DNA of 64,000 bases, from assembly GCA_022813965.1 (NCBI GenBank), contig JALDZS010000055.1, forward strand, positions 1-64,000. The letters run 5' to 3'. This stretch comes from Toensbergia leucococca. Taxonomy: Eukaryota. Made by a program: the position numbers and the translations under genes. Positions 1-12,443 of the stretch are shown piece by piece; positions within the stretch are counted from its first letter, which is position 1; the number at the start of each line of letters is the position of its first letter. The notes under the pieces were generated by a model. The model worked only from the letters and a program-made list of their open reading frames with translations, was not told the DNA's origin and made no database searches.

Positions 1-442
1 AAAGGGTGCCGATTCTTTCAATGCCCAGGTCATTGTTCTTAATCACCCTGGTCAGGTTGGCGCCGGATACGCACCAGTCCTCGATTGCCATACTGCCCAT
101 ATTGCCTGTAAATTTTCTGAACTCTTGGAGAAGATCGATCGTCGTACCGGAAAATCCATCGAGAACGCTCCCAAGTTCATCAAGTCTGGTGACGCTGCTA
201 TTGTCAAGATGGTACCGTCCAAGCCAATGTGTGTGGAGGCTTTCACCGACTACCCACCCCTCGGACGCTTCGCTGTTCGTGACATGAGACAGACCGTACG
301 TCTCCTGCTACCACATACCGTTTCCTTAATCGCTAATGTATGACAGGTTGCTGTTGGTGTCATCAAATCCGTTGCCAAGACCGACAAGGGTGGTGCTGGA
401 AAGGTCACCAAGGCGGCGATTAAAGCTGGCGCCAAGAAATAA
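1..442 (+). CDS. TEF1: Translation elongation factor 1-alpha, 3' end (intron 296-346)
   Basis: Reads [25 protein letters not shown]...[41 protein letters not shown], then a GT-AG intron, then VAVGVIKSV...AKK and TAA at 440-442. Confidence 0.98.
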
Positions 443-517
443 GGAAGTGGCGGTCATGAAGTTGAAAGGCAAGATGTTCATGTGGAAAATGGTACTACCG
501 GCTGGTATTTCGACAGG

Positions 518-1045
518 TTGTTTTACCAGTTGTTTAGCATCATGGTTCAGTCGAGCGGTAGACGTCTTCTCTACACTTTTTACCCATTACCCCCACCCTC
601 TTATTGTCACCTTTTAGCGTCCGAACGATCACGTGTATGCAATAATGTCTCTCCATAGTCATGTGAGCATTGCTGCATTGATATGAGCAGCCCCCCACTT
701 CCCTTTTTTTTCCTTTTTGTCAATGGGACAACGAAGCAATGATGACGGATTGATGGATTGAGGGGACTGCTGTTCGAGGGTTTAAAGGCTTCATTAGATC
801 TTTGTGTTCTAGAATTGATTTTATTACCCCTTTTTCAAAAGCGAACCATGTGTTCCACCTTGTGTGCTTCTGCACCAAGAATGCTCATCCCCGCTTTCCG
901 AGATTCTCTCCTGCTGATATTTACACACAATTCTTGAGACCTTCAACGATTGCTCTTCATCCTGGGGGGGGGGTAATGGGTAAAAAGTGTAGAGAAGACG
1001 TCTACCGCTCGACTGAACCATGATGCTAAACAACTGGTAAAACAA
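518..1045. repeat. 77-bp perfect inverted repeat (518-594 / 969-1045) ending at the N gap (1046-1055); probable assembly artefact
   Basis: ttgttttaccagttg...cccattaccccc is the exact reverse complement of gggggtaatggg...ctggtaaaacaa. The sequence ttgctcttcatcct plus poly-G occurs on both sides of the gap. Confidence 0.8.
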
Positions 1046-2396
1046 NNNNNNNNNNTTGCTCTTCATCCTCGGGGGGGGGGGGGGGGTGAGTGATTTTCAC
1101 TTTAACTTTTTACTGAGGAAAGGGAGGGGTGGTTGACTCTTTATATTCGAGTGAGGAGAATGATATGATTAAGATGCTCTTGGGATTTCCCTCAAGATAT
1201 CTTTGAATCTCTAAATTTGTTTGTGACTAGGTCGAGGATGTTTGCAGTGAGATACGGTATGTTTACGATACACAGCAGCACAATCGAAACCAAAAATAAC
1301 AATTCCTATTCCGTCACCCCCTTTTACTACACTCACCACCTCCCCCTTCCCACCTTACCTACCACCTACTTAGCCAAAGCGAGGTCTTCCCGGGTGCATA
1401 AGAATTTACACCCCAAGTTTTCAGCCTCTTTGACTTGCGATTTACCGCCCTCTTTGCGTGGCATATAGTAGAAAAAATAAATTAGAAGAAAAAGGGAATG
1501 TTTTTGTAGCATGCGTACCTGGAGCGAGTGATAGATACCTAGGTGGAGGATGAAGATGTGACAGTGTTGCGCTCGGGAGTGAAGGATGATGGGTTGGAGG
1601 ATTTGAGTGGACACGTGGTAGGTAATCATGATGAATTTCTGGAGTTTGCTCCGAATGGAACGCGAATCGATGGGTACCGTAGATGGTATGCAAAAGAGGC
1701 AGAGAAGTAGGTCAAAATGTGGTGCGAAATCAGGATGGTTTCCTTTGCGCCTATGGCCTCGTTGGGGGGAAGGGTCGGAATAGCAATTGCTCACAAAATA
1801 CACACACCCGCGCTCCTTTGATCAGATTCAGCTTTGAAAAAGCGCCAAGACCCTTGACCTGTTTCTGTCATGTAACATCTTTCTCATCGTCGTTCTATAT
1901 TATGTGCAACAGTGACGGCGTGAATGGTTTTCAAGATATGAAAATGAGTGAATGGAGTGACTGGAGACAACTGTAATGCGGGGGGATTTCTCTTGGTCAG
2001 ATTATACGCACAGATGTAGTAGGATATATAGGATTTGTGCCGGTTTGAGTGCTGTTTAGATCCGCAGGAAGGGGGGATGAGCGTCTCTGGTGATAGTTCC
2101 GGTTATATAAGAGCGAGGTGATTGTCGAAGTTGACGATGAGGTCGATTAGTGGAAGAGAAATCGAAGACACACACAAGATATGTGAAGGAATTACACTTG
2201 CAGCTTGCTTCCATCTGCATCTCAAGTATGGAGAGCTTCGATCAGTTCATCCAGGCAGAGGCCACTGGTGGATCTACTCTCATAATACTTACCCTTAGAA
2301 ACATCGTATCTCTCGAATCAATTCCTGGCGCTTGAACGCGAGAATGTTCCGTTGTTTTGGAGTAGTTGCGCAAAGAAATTGCAGCTCCATCAGAGC

Positions 2397-4463
2397 TCAC
2401 TGCGAAAGAACCTTTATCACTTCTGCATGCCCGTGGCTGATGGCTTGGAAAATCGGTATTTGGCCATAATTATCTGGAATCTTCTGTGATGCACCATTGC
2501 TCAACAACACTTTTACAACCTCATGATGCCCGTACCGCGCGGCGTTTGCTAAAGCTGTGGCACCGAAGCTATTTCGTTGATTGATATTGATACCTAGCTT
2601 GATGAATTCTCGTGTGAGGTCTATATGTCCTAACCCCGCAGCTATGTGCAATACGGACTCTTGGTGAATATCTACTACTTCAAGATTTGCACCTTTGGCA
2701 GCGAGGTAGCGCACGATAGATGGGCTTTGAGCAAGCACGGCTTTCAGCAATGCAGTCTGCCCTTTATGATCTCTGCTGTCAATTGGGCTTCCAGCTTCGA
2801 CCAATGCTTCAACTTCGCCCTGATATTTTCGTTCCGTTGCGCGCATCAAGGCCGTACACCCGTCTGAGTGCTGTGCAGTGACGTTGGCGCCATATTTGAC
2901 TAACAATTGGATGATCTCAACCCTCCCTTTGGAGCACGCTGCCTCAAGTAACGGCGTCGTGTTGTCGAGCCTTGTCGTCTCTAAGCTAGCACCGTGTTCT
3001 AACAAGGCCTCGACAGTAGGTATGTGGCCTATAGATACGGCCCAATTGAGCGGTGTACGTTCGTCGAAATAGTTAGCTTCCGTATTTGCTCCATGCTTCA
3101 GGAGAAATCGCACCATGGCGTCGTGCCCATGCCTTGATGCCTCAATCAATGGTGTTGCCCCATTGTCAACTCTACACTCAACGTTAGCTCCTCTTTGGAG
3201 TAGCAGTGTCACTTCTTTTTCGTGCCCACCCCATGCTGCCTCGTTCAGTGGCGTTCCTCGGTTGGATTGCCCAGCTTCAATGTCCGCTCCGTGGTCCAGT
3301 AGCAATTCGACGATTTCGAAATTCCCTGCTGCTGCTGCTATGATCAGTGGAGTACGGTCATCTCTGTCTCTAACATCTACTATAACGGTATTTCTGAGTA
3401 GTTGGGCCACGACCTTTGCATTTCCTGAATGAGTGGCCACAAGCAATGGTGTCAACCCATATGACTGCCTAGCTTCCGAGTTTGCTCCTCTATCAAGTAG
3501 TAGTTGGATCACATTGACCCTCCCGGACTGAACTGCTTGAAGAAGTGCCGTGTTTTTCTTAGGATCTCTGGCATCGACATCAACGCCATTGTCGAGCAGA
3601 AACTGCAGTACATGATAATGGCCATTCAAAGCAGCCCAATGTAAAATCTCAAACCCTCGTGCATTGATGTCAAGGCCGGCATCTCGGAGAGTTTGTTGAG
3701 CTGCTTGATGATCAGGCTCTATTTCGTCTGTATTGCTCATCCACTCGATGATGTTATCCTTATCTTCCTTGCCTAGAATGGACATTTCGAGCACTTGAGT
3801 CGCCGTGTCTGACCAATCTTGGTGAACATTTGCACTGGCATCTCTTACCAATGTCAAAACTGCCAAGTCTGGTAGAGACTCTAGTTCTTCGGCGATAGCA
3901 TTCGTCTGTTGAACTCTGGTAGATGGGGAGTCGGTGATATCCTTGAGACTGTCAATAAATTGCCTGAGATCATCCACAAGCAGAGCAAATTTGCCACGAT
4001 CACGGATGGCCCATTTTGTTTTTCCCAGCAGACTGGCTCGTTTCTGCACGCTTTTGGCACGAGCTTGAAATTGCTTGAATGAGGCTTTGAACTTTGACAG
4101 CTGATTTGTGCTCAGCCTCGTGACTTGGGTATCATGGTTGGTTAATTCTGCTGGTTCCAAGCCATATCGGGATACCATTTCTTCCGAGTCTGTAAAGATG
4201 GTAATGATGCAGTTGAGAATGCGGCCGACCACTGCAGAAACATGCGGCTCATCCAGAATGCCATGACGCCTATCTGTACTCACGACTCCTACCACGTCAC
4301 CCCAGATCAAGAATCGAGTCTTTTCAACTTCTAGCTTCGTAGCAAGAAGCATATAGTCCCGTCCAAGCAAAGAAGCCGATTCAATGTACTCCCAGCATTC
4401 GACACATGTTGAAAAGAGACCTGCTAGGGCAACGATGCTTGCCGCAAACCCTACCGTTTCCAT
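2397..4463 (-). CDS. HeLo (HET-S-like) domain plus about 13 ankyrin repeats, 688 aa, intronless
   Basis: N-terminus AGLFSTCVECWEY...GRDY...KLEVEKTRFLIWGDVV fits the HET-S HeLo pattern, followed by KWAIRDRGKFALLVDDLRQFIDSL. Ankyrin units of type TPL..A...G....V..LL..GA run from about aa 270 to the end. Confidence 0.9.
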   Translation of the reverse strand: METVGFAASIVALAGLFSTCVECWEYIESASLLGRDYMLLATKLEVEKTRFLIWGDVVGVVSTDRRHGILDEPHVSAVVGRILNCIITIFTDSEEMVSRYGLEPAELTNHDTQVTRLSTNQLSKFKASFKQFQARAKSVQKRASLLGKTKWAIRDRGKFALLVDDLRQFIDSLKDITDSPSTRVQQTNAIAEELESLPDLAVLTLVRDASANVHQDWSDTATQVLEMSILGKEDKDNIIEWMSNTDEIEPDHQAAQQTLRDAGLDINARGFEILHWAALNGHYHVLQFLLDNGVDVDARDPKKNTALLQAVQSGRVNVIQLLLDRGANSEARQSYGLTPLLVATHSGNAKVVAQLLRNTVIVDVRDRDDRTPLIIAAAAGNFEIVELLLDHGADIEAGQSNRGTPLNEAAWGGHEKEVTLLLQRGANVECRVDNGATPLIEASRHGHDAMVRFLLKHGANTEANYFDERTPLNWAVSIGHIPTVEALLEHGASLETTRLDNTTPLLEAACSKGRVEIIQLLVKYGANVTAQHSDGCTALMRATERKYQGEVEALVEAGSPIDSRDHKGQTALLKAVLAQSPSIVRYLAAKGANLEVVDIHQESVLHIAAGLGHIDLTREFIKLGININQRNSFGATALANAARYGHHEVVKVLLSNGASQKIPDNYGQIPIFQAISHGHAEVIKVLSQ

Positions 4464-4986
4464 TATGTATCATGCTCGGGACCGAAGTAGACTCGTAGAC
4501 TGCAAAGAGACCTATTTGTCCTGATGAGTAGTCTCAATGATCACAGCATGAGGTCCACGTCAGCATTTCACGATATTGAAAGAGACTGAAGCAAAGTAGC
4601 CGTCGCTGCCTGGCAGATACCTTACCCACCTAAGTTAGGGCTATTTACGGTACGGTACCCATATTCTGCGATTACCTTAGAATACCTAGGTTCTGTTCTA
4701 TTCTAGTTGATGGAAACGGCAGCCGCGTAATTTTGACTTCCCGCACTCAAGCTGCTTACCTATCGAGCCTATCTACATGCTTCCACTTTTGAAGCCATTC
4801 TCCGTCCTTGCGTCTCTAAAATCTCTTACTATACATTGGCATGTCTTTACGGGTCTTGTCCATCATTCGTCTACCCACGGCTGTTTTTTCAAGCCTTCGT
4901 CTCCATCGTATCTCGTCTGTTCAGGCCCGTTAATCCATACCTAGAATACCCCACAAACACCAGACCAATCCACGTCGCCCAGCCAA

Positions 4987-7900
4987 ATGCATGCTGTGCG
5001 CCAATCATGTCGCCCGAAACATCAGGTCCTGATCCTCAAATGCTATCCCAAGTTCCAAAAGAATGTTGCCGATGTCAAGCCGAACTCGAGCGAGCTTAGT
5101 TACCTACTTTACTATGCAAGTACACGACGGAGTAAACTTCAAAAGGTGGGCGCCTTCCTGGAGAAGAAGACAGCGAGCGATGTGTGGAGGGGGAGACTGG
5201 GGTACGTCACATATCGAAGTCTGCATGCATTGCAATTGACATGCGTTGCCCTAGAAATGTCCATGTTACGCTTCATATACTGAAAGCCCTGATCGAGAAA
5301 TCCCCTCGCGACCTCCCTCTATACGCACCCTACATTCTCCGAATCCTCGGTCTGGTTCTGCGCGCAGAGGACCTGACCATGGTAGAGGACTCGATACCAA
5401 CATTCCACACCTTTTGCGAGTACCACGATGTTGCCACTCTTGCCGCCGACCAGGAATACATTATGGCCTACGAAGAGATCGTCAAAATGTACGCCAATTT
5501 TGCTGGAAAGAATCCGTCTCTGAAATCCAAGGCTTCACTCAATGCACCAACATCCATCAGGTGGAGAAGCGCAGGTCTGGAGGCAATCAGAAGTATAACC
5601 TCCTCGGAGGCTGTAGGAGCCGATGGAGGTCGGCAATTGAATATCATTCTGCCAGTCATCTTGCAGAATGTGTATTCAGAAAGTCAGGACCATCTCATGG
5701 TCCTACACGAACGGGCACATGCCAGTGAGAAATCGGGCGCAGATACGGCTCTGAGGAGGAGGATGAGTACTGCCACGGTCCAAACCGTGGATCCAAATGT
5801 GGAGTTAAATCCTGCTACTATTTCAGTGACTACTGCCGACGCGGACCGGATGGCCGAGGAAGAGGTAGGGCTGAAAGCTTTGCAAAGTCTGAAGCAGATT
5901 TTTGTAGCCAACAGTCGGGGTCAAATACGGATGGCGACAGTTGTGATGCTGAGGTTCATTAGCAGTAAGGTGCCGCAGCTGAGACCCGCGACCGGGAAAA
6001 GCTCAATGTCTCACACTTCTGGATTGTGGGCAACCGCACTGATGGAAACCGTAACAAAGTGGGCACCTGTGCAAGATCGATTCGTCATACTAGTGACAGT
6101 AATGGAAACGCTCGTAAGGAGCCCTATCGCGGAAGAGAATTTGGAGCAACAACTGGTTCTGGTTGGTTTAGTGGGCTGGCTCCTCAGGTCAAGTATTAAT
6201 ATGATCGGATTGAGTGTCATGGACGTCTTACTCGGCCTAGTGCAACATATACTATTACTCCTTCAGTTAGGGGGCAAGGGCTCGAATGTCCTCCCGCATC
6301 ACCAACAGACGGATGCTATTGATTTATTCCAAGAGGCCAAGGACATCCTAGATCAACCATCTTCTGGCGAAAATACAGAAAAGACCACTGCCGACGTGTC
6401 TTCGCCATCTACGACTCGCCAAGAATTGCTCATCAAATTGCAGCGATGTATTGGAGACTTAGCTACCCATATCTACTATACGGACCAAATATCAGACATG
6501 ATCACAGCCATTCTGCTTCGGCTCAAGCCTTCTCCTCTATCCGGCATCAGCAACGTAGCCGCAGCGATTGAGCGTCCAGCCGCGGCTGCAAAAGCTATCT
6601 CCAATTCGGTCAATTTGCAGGAAAATCCACAAACTGATGAGTTCTTCTCTTTTGGTACCGCTCGCCTCACGGCCCTCAAGGCTATCAAAGAGGTTTTGAT
6701 TGTTGCCAATATGAAAGGGTCTAGTGCGGGTGCGGCAGCAATTGGCCGACCTCGAGTCAGTGTTCAAGTATGGGAAGGCACGCAGTGGTTGATACGGGAC
6801 GAAGACAGAAGAGTCAGAAGAGCCTACGTGGATGCACTCTTGACATGGCTTAAGCTTGAGATGAGCAAAGACGATCTTCGAGTTATGGAAGACAAACGTG
6901 AGATTTCGAACCGTCCTTTGCGAACGGATGGAAACGGTACTTCTATAGGGAACCTTACTAAAAGAGCCGTCTCAAACGCGTCACAGAGGGATAAGTCGAC
7001 GAAACCGCCAAAGTCCACGTTCTTGCCGCTACTACATCTAGCGATCTACCATAACGCCATTGAGTCTCCAGAGTCTGATGCGGATATTCTTTTACTCCAT
7101 CTCTTAATGGCTGAGCTCATTGAAAAGTTGGGCGTGAATGCAGTCAAAAATGGGTTACCAATGATCATGAGGCTGCAGGAAGACATCAATGTCGATGAGA
7201 CCATCTCAACGCCTACAGCAAAGTTAAAGGTAGGAAGCCTTGTTCATGGTTACTTTTGGAAAGTAAGTGAGCAATTCGACTTCGATGCTTCCAAGGCGGG
7301 CTACGAAATCTCCCACGAGATTTCCAGACGAAAGGCACACGGACTGTGGCTTGACACAATTCAAATACCTCCATTGCCGCTTGAACAAATCGTCGCCCCC
7401 ACTACACTTTCAGGAAACGAAAAGCTGCCTTTGCCACTATTGCAGAAAGAATCATTGAAACCATTCGATTCACGTTTAGCCATGGTCAATGGGGTTGCTA
7501 CAGCATACAGTAGAGCAATTGCCTCGCCTCCTTCTAGCCCTCCTACTTCACCCGCCCGCGTCTTCAGCATGCCTATTCTTTCCTCTGAAGGCACCTCTTT
7601 GCCTACCGCAAAAGAGCTGCCTGTTAGGATCAAAGAAGCGATGCTCATGGAATGGACAAAAGATAGCTACGTAGCCAATACTATTGAAAAGGAAAACTCT
7701 CGATCCATCTCACTCAACGGATCTAGATCAGGGACTAATCTCTCGGTTCGGCAAACCCATCTGGCTGTCAATGGACAAGCTTTCGTCAACGGATCTGAGC
7801 AATTACCGTCGCAGAGTCAAACTCCCCCACGACGCTCTCATACCTTTCCCATTCAGAATGCCCAGGAGAATCGCTTCCGTCGCTCCAGTGCCCAAGACAC

Positions 7901-8639
7901 GGGATCACCAACTCCTGTTAGTAGCTCAGATCAAGCAACTACGTTGCGCGTAGATGATCTTAAACGTGCCCTTGCCGGTGGAGCTCTTACTGGGGTTTTT
8001 GGCAGCCAACACGGCACCAGGGCAGCTAGCCCCCTCCGTAACAGCATTAGGCAACATAAAGGCCGGGATAACGGGAGTCCTAGTACTGGTAGTGAGAGTG
8101 TTGTGAGCGCCGGTGGTTTCGATTCTACTGGCGAAGGAGATTTCTCTCGTCAATTACCCCCGGCAGCTTCCAAATCTCTCGCAGACCAAAGCAGCGTTGA
8201 TGCAGGACCTCCCATTCCCGTGCAGTATCGCACCCTTCCAACTCAAAGTCCAAGTTCGGTTACGTCACCTCGAGATCCCGACTCGAGGCAAGCTCTCCGC
8301 TCTGCAATCCGGCCGTCTTCCTCATCTAGCTCGGCAACAGAAGACCCTGCGGCGAACGCCAAAGCACTAAAAGGTGAACATGTGGCATCCATTCCATTAG
8401 TGGCTGGTGAGGAAGGAGATGACGAAGTGCCGCCTGTACCTCCGTTGCCATCAGGAGTAGCAATGCATGGGAACGTAGGACTCGGGAGACAGGAAAGCAT
8501 AAGAAACAGCGAGGATGATGGCGGAGGAGGAGGCGGTCGGGACAAAAAGAAAAAGGGCGTGGACGTGTTGGCTTTGCTGGGGAGTATCGATGCCGTGGCG
8601 GGGGAGGGGGGAGGTGGAATGGGAAGACCGCCGTATTGA
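4987..8639 (+). CDS. EFR3: EFR3, plasma-membrane PI4-kinase scaffold (intron 5202-5254)
   Basis: Exon 1 CRPKHQVLILKCYP...PNSSELSYLLYYASTRRSKLQKVGAFLEKK is the fungal Efr3 N-terminus. It splices in frame into the 1151-aa ORF. Confidence 0.92.
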
Positions 8640-9852
8640 GAGGAGAGAGCTGGTCAGAAGGTTTGTATCATGGTATAGGTTGGAGTTGGGGATGAGGCAG
8701 GAGTAAGTGGCGAAAAGGTGTTCATACCAGGTACTCTGTGTATAGTACCATAGCTAGCAGGCTGAGCTTACGATATAGGGGGAAGCAAGTAGCTACAAGA
8801 GAGAAAAGCAGGTCGATGGTTAATGTAATGTTAAGCGTTGCAATGATATAACGTTAAAAGTGGTCAATAATAGCATGAAGGCTTGTATAAGAATTACAGC
8901 AGTAACATACCTTAGGTGAAGAAGGGGCTAAGATGATAGCCCTAATCTAGAGTAAACCCTAATTAAGGTAGAAAAGGGGTACTATGGCGAACGCAGATTG
9001 AATCAGAAGGGGCAGTCCATATTCGTGAACTTAAGAAGCCATTATGACTACCAAGATCCTACTTACACTTATACTCAACATATATCACGAGACAGAGAAG
9101 CATTAGAATAAGATGATTCAATGAACAGAGTATGCTTCACTCTGATCTGGGGTCTGAATGCTGAAAATGAGATATGAGATATGAGACTTTACAAGAGTCA
9201 GGACCACGTTTCAGTCCTCACCCCACTCAGAGTTCAGCAATCCGTCAGGACGGTGAAATGATGATTATCCATCATCCGCTCCAATACCGTTGGATTGGAT
9301 CCTAAGCCTCGTTCCCGTTGGGCGAGTTAGTGCCTAGTGTTGAGATCTCAAACGTCGCGTAGGTTTTCTTACATTGACCCTTTGTCACTCACACAATTAC
9401 TTCGCCCACTGCACAGTCCAAGCATAGAAGGCATCGCACATATGTACTTTGCAAAGCTTAGGGATGCGGCACGGGACATAAATGTACGTGACGGCAGGAC
9501 GCTCTTTTGCGAGAGCCAAGGCGAGACTACGTCCGAGATGCTGCTTACCGACTACTATTCTCCTCACCACCTTATTCTATATAGGCGCTCCTTACAAATG
9601 GGCTAATTTCGGGCTAGAGGTGGCTATGGTGAGCGCAGCATCAACTACCCACCTCGTCACTCAGGTACCACGTTTCAGGGCCAGCAAATTCTCCGGTGCT
9701 AGTGACAACGACTCGTAATACTTTATGATGCATCCCACTCCTTTCAAGACATTCAACTCGAGCTTCCTTATTGTCGTTCTTTTCGCTCGTGAGTAGTTGA
9801 TCTTTCATGTCAACCTCACGCCTTACCGTCGTTTCAAGTAGCCTTTTAGCTT

Positions 9853-11400
9853 ATGTTTTCAAAGCTTCTCGCTGCACTGATTATCGCTTTGAGCTTGGCT
9901 AGAGTTTTGGCAGGTGTTCAATTAGCTGGTGTTAATGTTGCTGGGTATGTTCATCTATGAAAGAGTTTACGTGATTCTGCTGATATTCTGATGGTCCTTC
10001 AGATTTGATTTTGGTTGCATGATTGATGTCCGTCTCGCTTCAAACAAGTCCCTTTTTACTGGTGTTTATAGAAAAGTAGGGCTCATGTTCACTTTCCGAT
10101 GTCGTGCCGCCTTTGAGTCAATACGGTGGTCAAGATGGTGCTGCTCAAATGGCACATTTCAAGTCCGCTTATGGCCTGAATCTATATCGTCTGCCGGTTG
10201 GTTAGTCTGCTACCGTCATCTTGAAAGGCGTTGTTTAACATTTCCACAACGCCAGGTTGGCAGTATCTTAGCAACAATAATCTCGACGGACCGCTGGACG
10301 AGGGTAATTTAGCCAAGTACGACGCCCTGGTCCAAGCTTGCTTGAAGACAGACTCATACTGTATTATTGATATTCATAATTATGCTCGCTGGAACGGTGC
10401 GATCATTGGCCAGGGCGGTCCAACAAACGATCAATTTGCCAACCTATGGAGTCAATTGGGAACAAAGTACGCCAACGAGACAAAAATGGTCATGGGTCTT
10501 ATGAATGAACCGCATGATAGTCCGTCTACGAAACGCTATTCTGACCACCCTGAATACTAAGTCCCACTCTAGTGCCAGATATTGATGCCTGGGCCAACTC
10601 CGTCCAAGCCGCCGTGACGGCTATTCGCAAGGCTGGTGCCACATCTCAAATCATCCTCCTCCCGGGTGACGACTACACTAGCGTATCCAATTCAGTCTCT
10701 TCAGGATCCGCAGTTGCCCTCGCCAACGTTACTAATCTTGACGGATCAATCCGTGATTTAGTCTTCGACGTGCACCAATACCTTGACTCGGATGGCTCTG
10801 GCACTCATGTATCTTGTGTCTCCAATCACATTGAAGATGCCTTTTCCCCACTTGCAACCTGGCTCCGCCAGAACGCTCGTGTAGCTTTACTAAGCGAAAC
10901 AGGCGGCGGTAGTGACGACCCCAGTTGTTTGATAGGTATGTTTATCATTGCCTCCTGGCCAAGTACCCAACCTCCCCTCCTTACCTGTCCCAAGAACTCA
11001 AATTCCCACCCCAGACATTTGCCAAGCCCTCACCTACCTGAATCAAAACTCCGACGTCTACCTTGGCTATGCCGGCTGGGCTGCCGGCTCATTCGACTCC
11101 ACCTACATCTTCTCCCTCTCCCCGAACGGCTCCGCCGCAACAGGCTGGACCGACCAACCTATGCTAAAAGAATGCTTCGCTGCTCAATTCTCCGGCGGCG
11201 ACAACAACTCCACCCTCCCCACCGCTACTACTACATCGGCATCCCCCAAATCAACGACATCCTCGGTACATGGTTCAGCCTCGTCCTCGTACCATAATTC
11301 CACAGTGTCTGTGCCCAAAATGAAGATCAGGCTGTCAGGCTGTCAGGCTGAGTATTGCTTGGCGGTCACGGTCGGGTGTATTTTTAGGGATTGTTCCTGA
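9853..11400 (+). CDS. Secreted GH5 endoglucanase (Cel5A/EG II-like), multi-exon, Ser/Thr-rich tail, no CBM1 seen; 3' end uncertain
   Basis: Signal peptide MFSKLLAALIIALSLARVLAG, then GVNVAG/FDFGC, RLPVGWQY, IIDIHNYARWNG, MNEPH (acid/base Glu), VHQYLDSDGSGTH, SETGGG (nucleophile) and GWAAGSF. Confidence 0.9.
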
Positions 11401-12443
11401 CTGGCATGTAGGTTACGCTGTATTCGGATTCTAATCGGCTTTTTTCGATGCCCGGCGAAGGTTGTTTCGTCGATTTTGAGGGATTATCGGCTGGTAAGAG
11501 GTGGATTTGCTTTCTGTGCTATGAGCATGATTGGTGGCCTTTTATTGTACTTGTAGAGTACGGCTTATTGAGAAGGGGGGGTGTTTTTTTTCGCCATTGG
11601 CAACTTGTCAAATTCGGCTTTGTGGGAGAATTGGATTTTTCGCTTATCTTTATCTCCTGCTAATATCAAGCCTTTGAGGGAGGAGAATTTTGTACCAGCG
11701 GACAGGACAGACGGCACCTTTGAAAGCTTGGTTAGTCAGTCATGAACAGAGTCGTAGTCATACTAATGGTTTCATGCTACGGGAAATGCTCGTTGTTGAC
11801 ATCGGGTCTGCTATATCGTAGTAACAGTACATGGTTAGACGTTCGTTGGTTGGGCGTGATTGAAGTGTGGGAAAAGCAGCTGCATAATGTATTCGCTGAT
11901 GAGTCCAATCGAGGGCTTGCTGTGCTTATAGCCCTCTCCCTCTCCCTCTCCCTCTCCCTCGTTCTGCCTCCTAATACTTCCAAGGCTTCCATCCACCTGA
12001 GCTCTCCATCCTTTTACGACTTCATCTTTGAGCTCCCATCCCCCCAATCCACTCATCGTCGCTGAATCTCTCTACTCTACCTATTATCCACAATCCAAGA
12101 TGCCGCTCAAGACTCACACATTCATTTCTTAACCTGTACATGAGAGGTGGGAGAATAGACGACTCGGAATCTCCGTACACAGCTTTTCCTTGTTAGCTCC
12201 GAAGTACAATTAGCCGCACCGCTGGATTGCTTTTTTGAAACATGATCAAACATTTGAGATCCGTTACAATCTGCCTAGTCTGGTGTTCACTTGCAAGGCG
12301 TTCCAATCCGGGTTTCACCACGAATCGCTGGAGGATTTATCTTTCTACTATTTCCCTAAAGTCTATACAAATCTCCTTATTCCACAAAAAACCAGCACAA
12401 TTCTCTCTATCCCAAAAAAAAAAAAAAAAAAAAAAAAAAAAAC

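Noticed and set aside
518..1086. Perfect 77-bp inverted repeat downstream of TEF1 as a regulatory hairpin
   Set aside because: The right arm starts in a poly-G run and ends exactly at the N gap, and the sequence before the poly-G is repeated after the gap. This is typical of a misjoined contig end.
1366..1976. ORFs between TEF1 and the HeLo-ankyrin gene
   Set aside because: No recognisable motifs or convincing exon structure.
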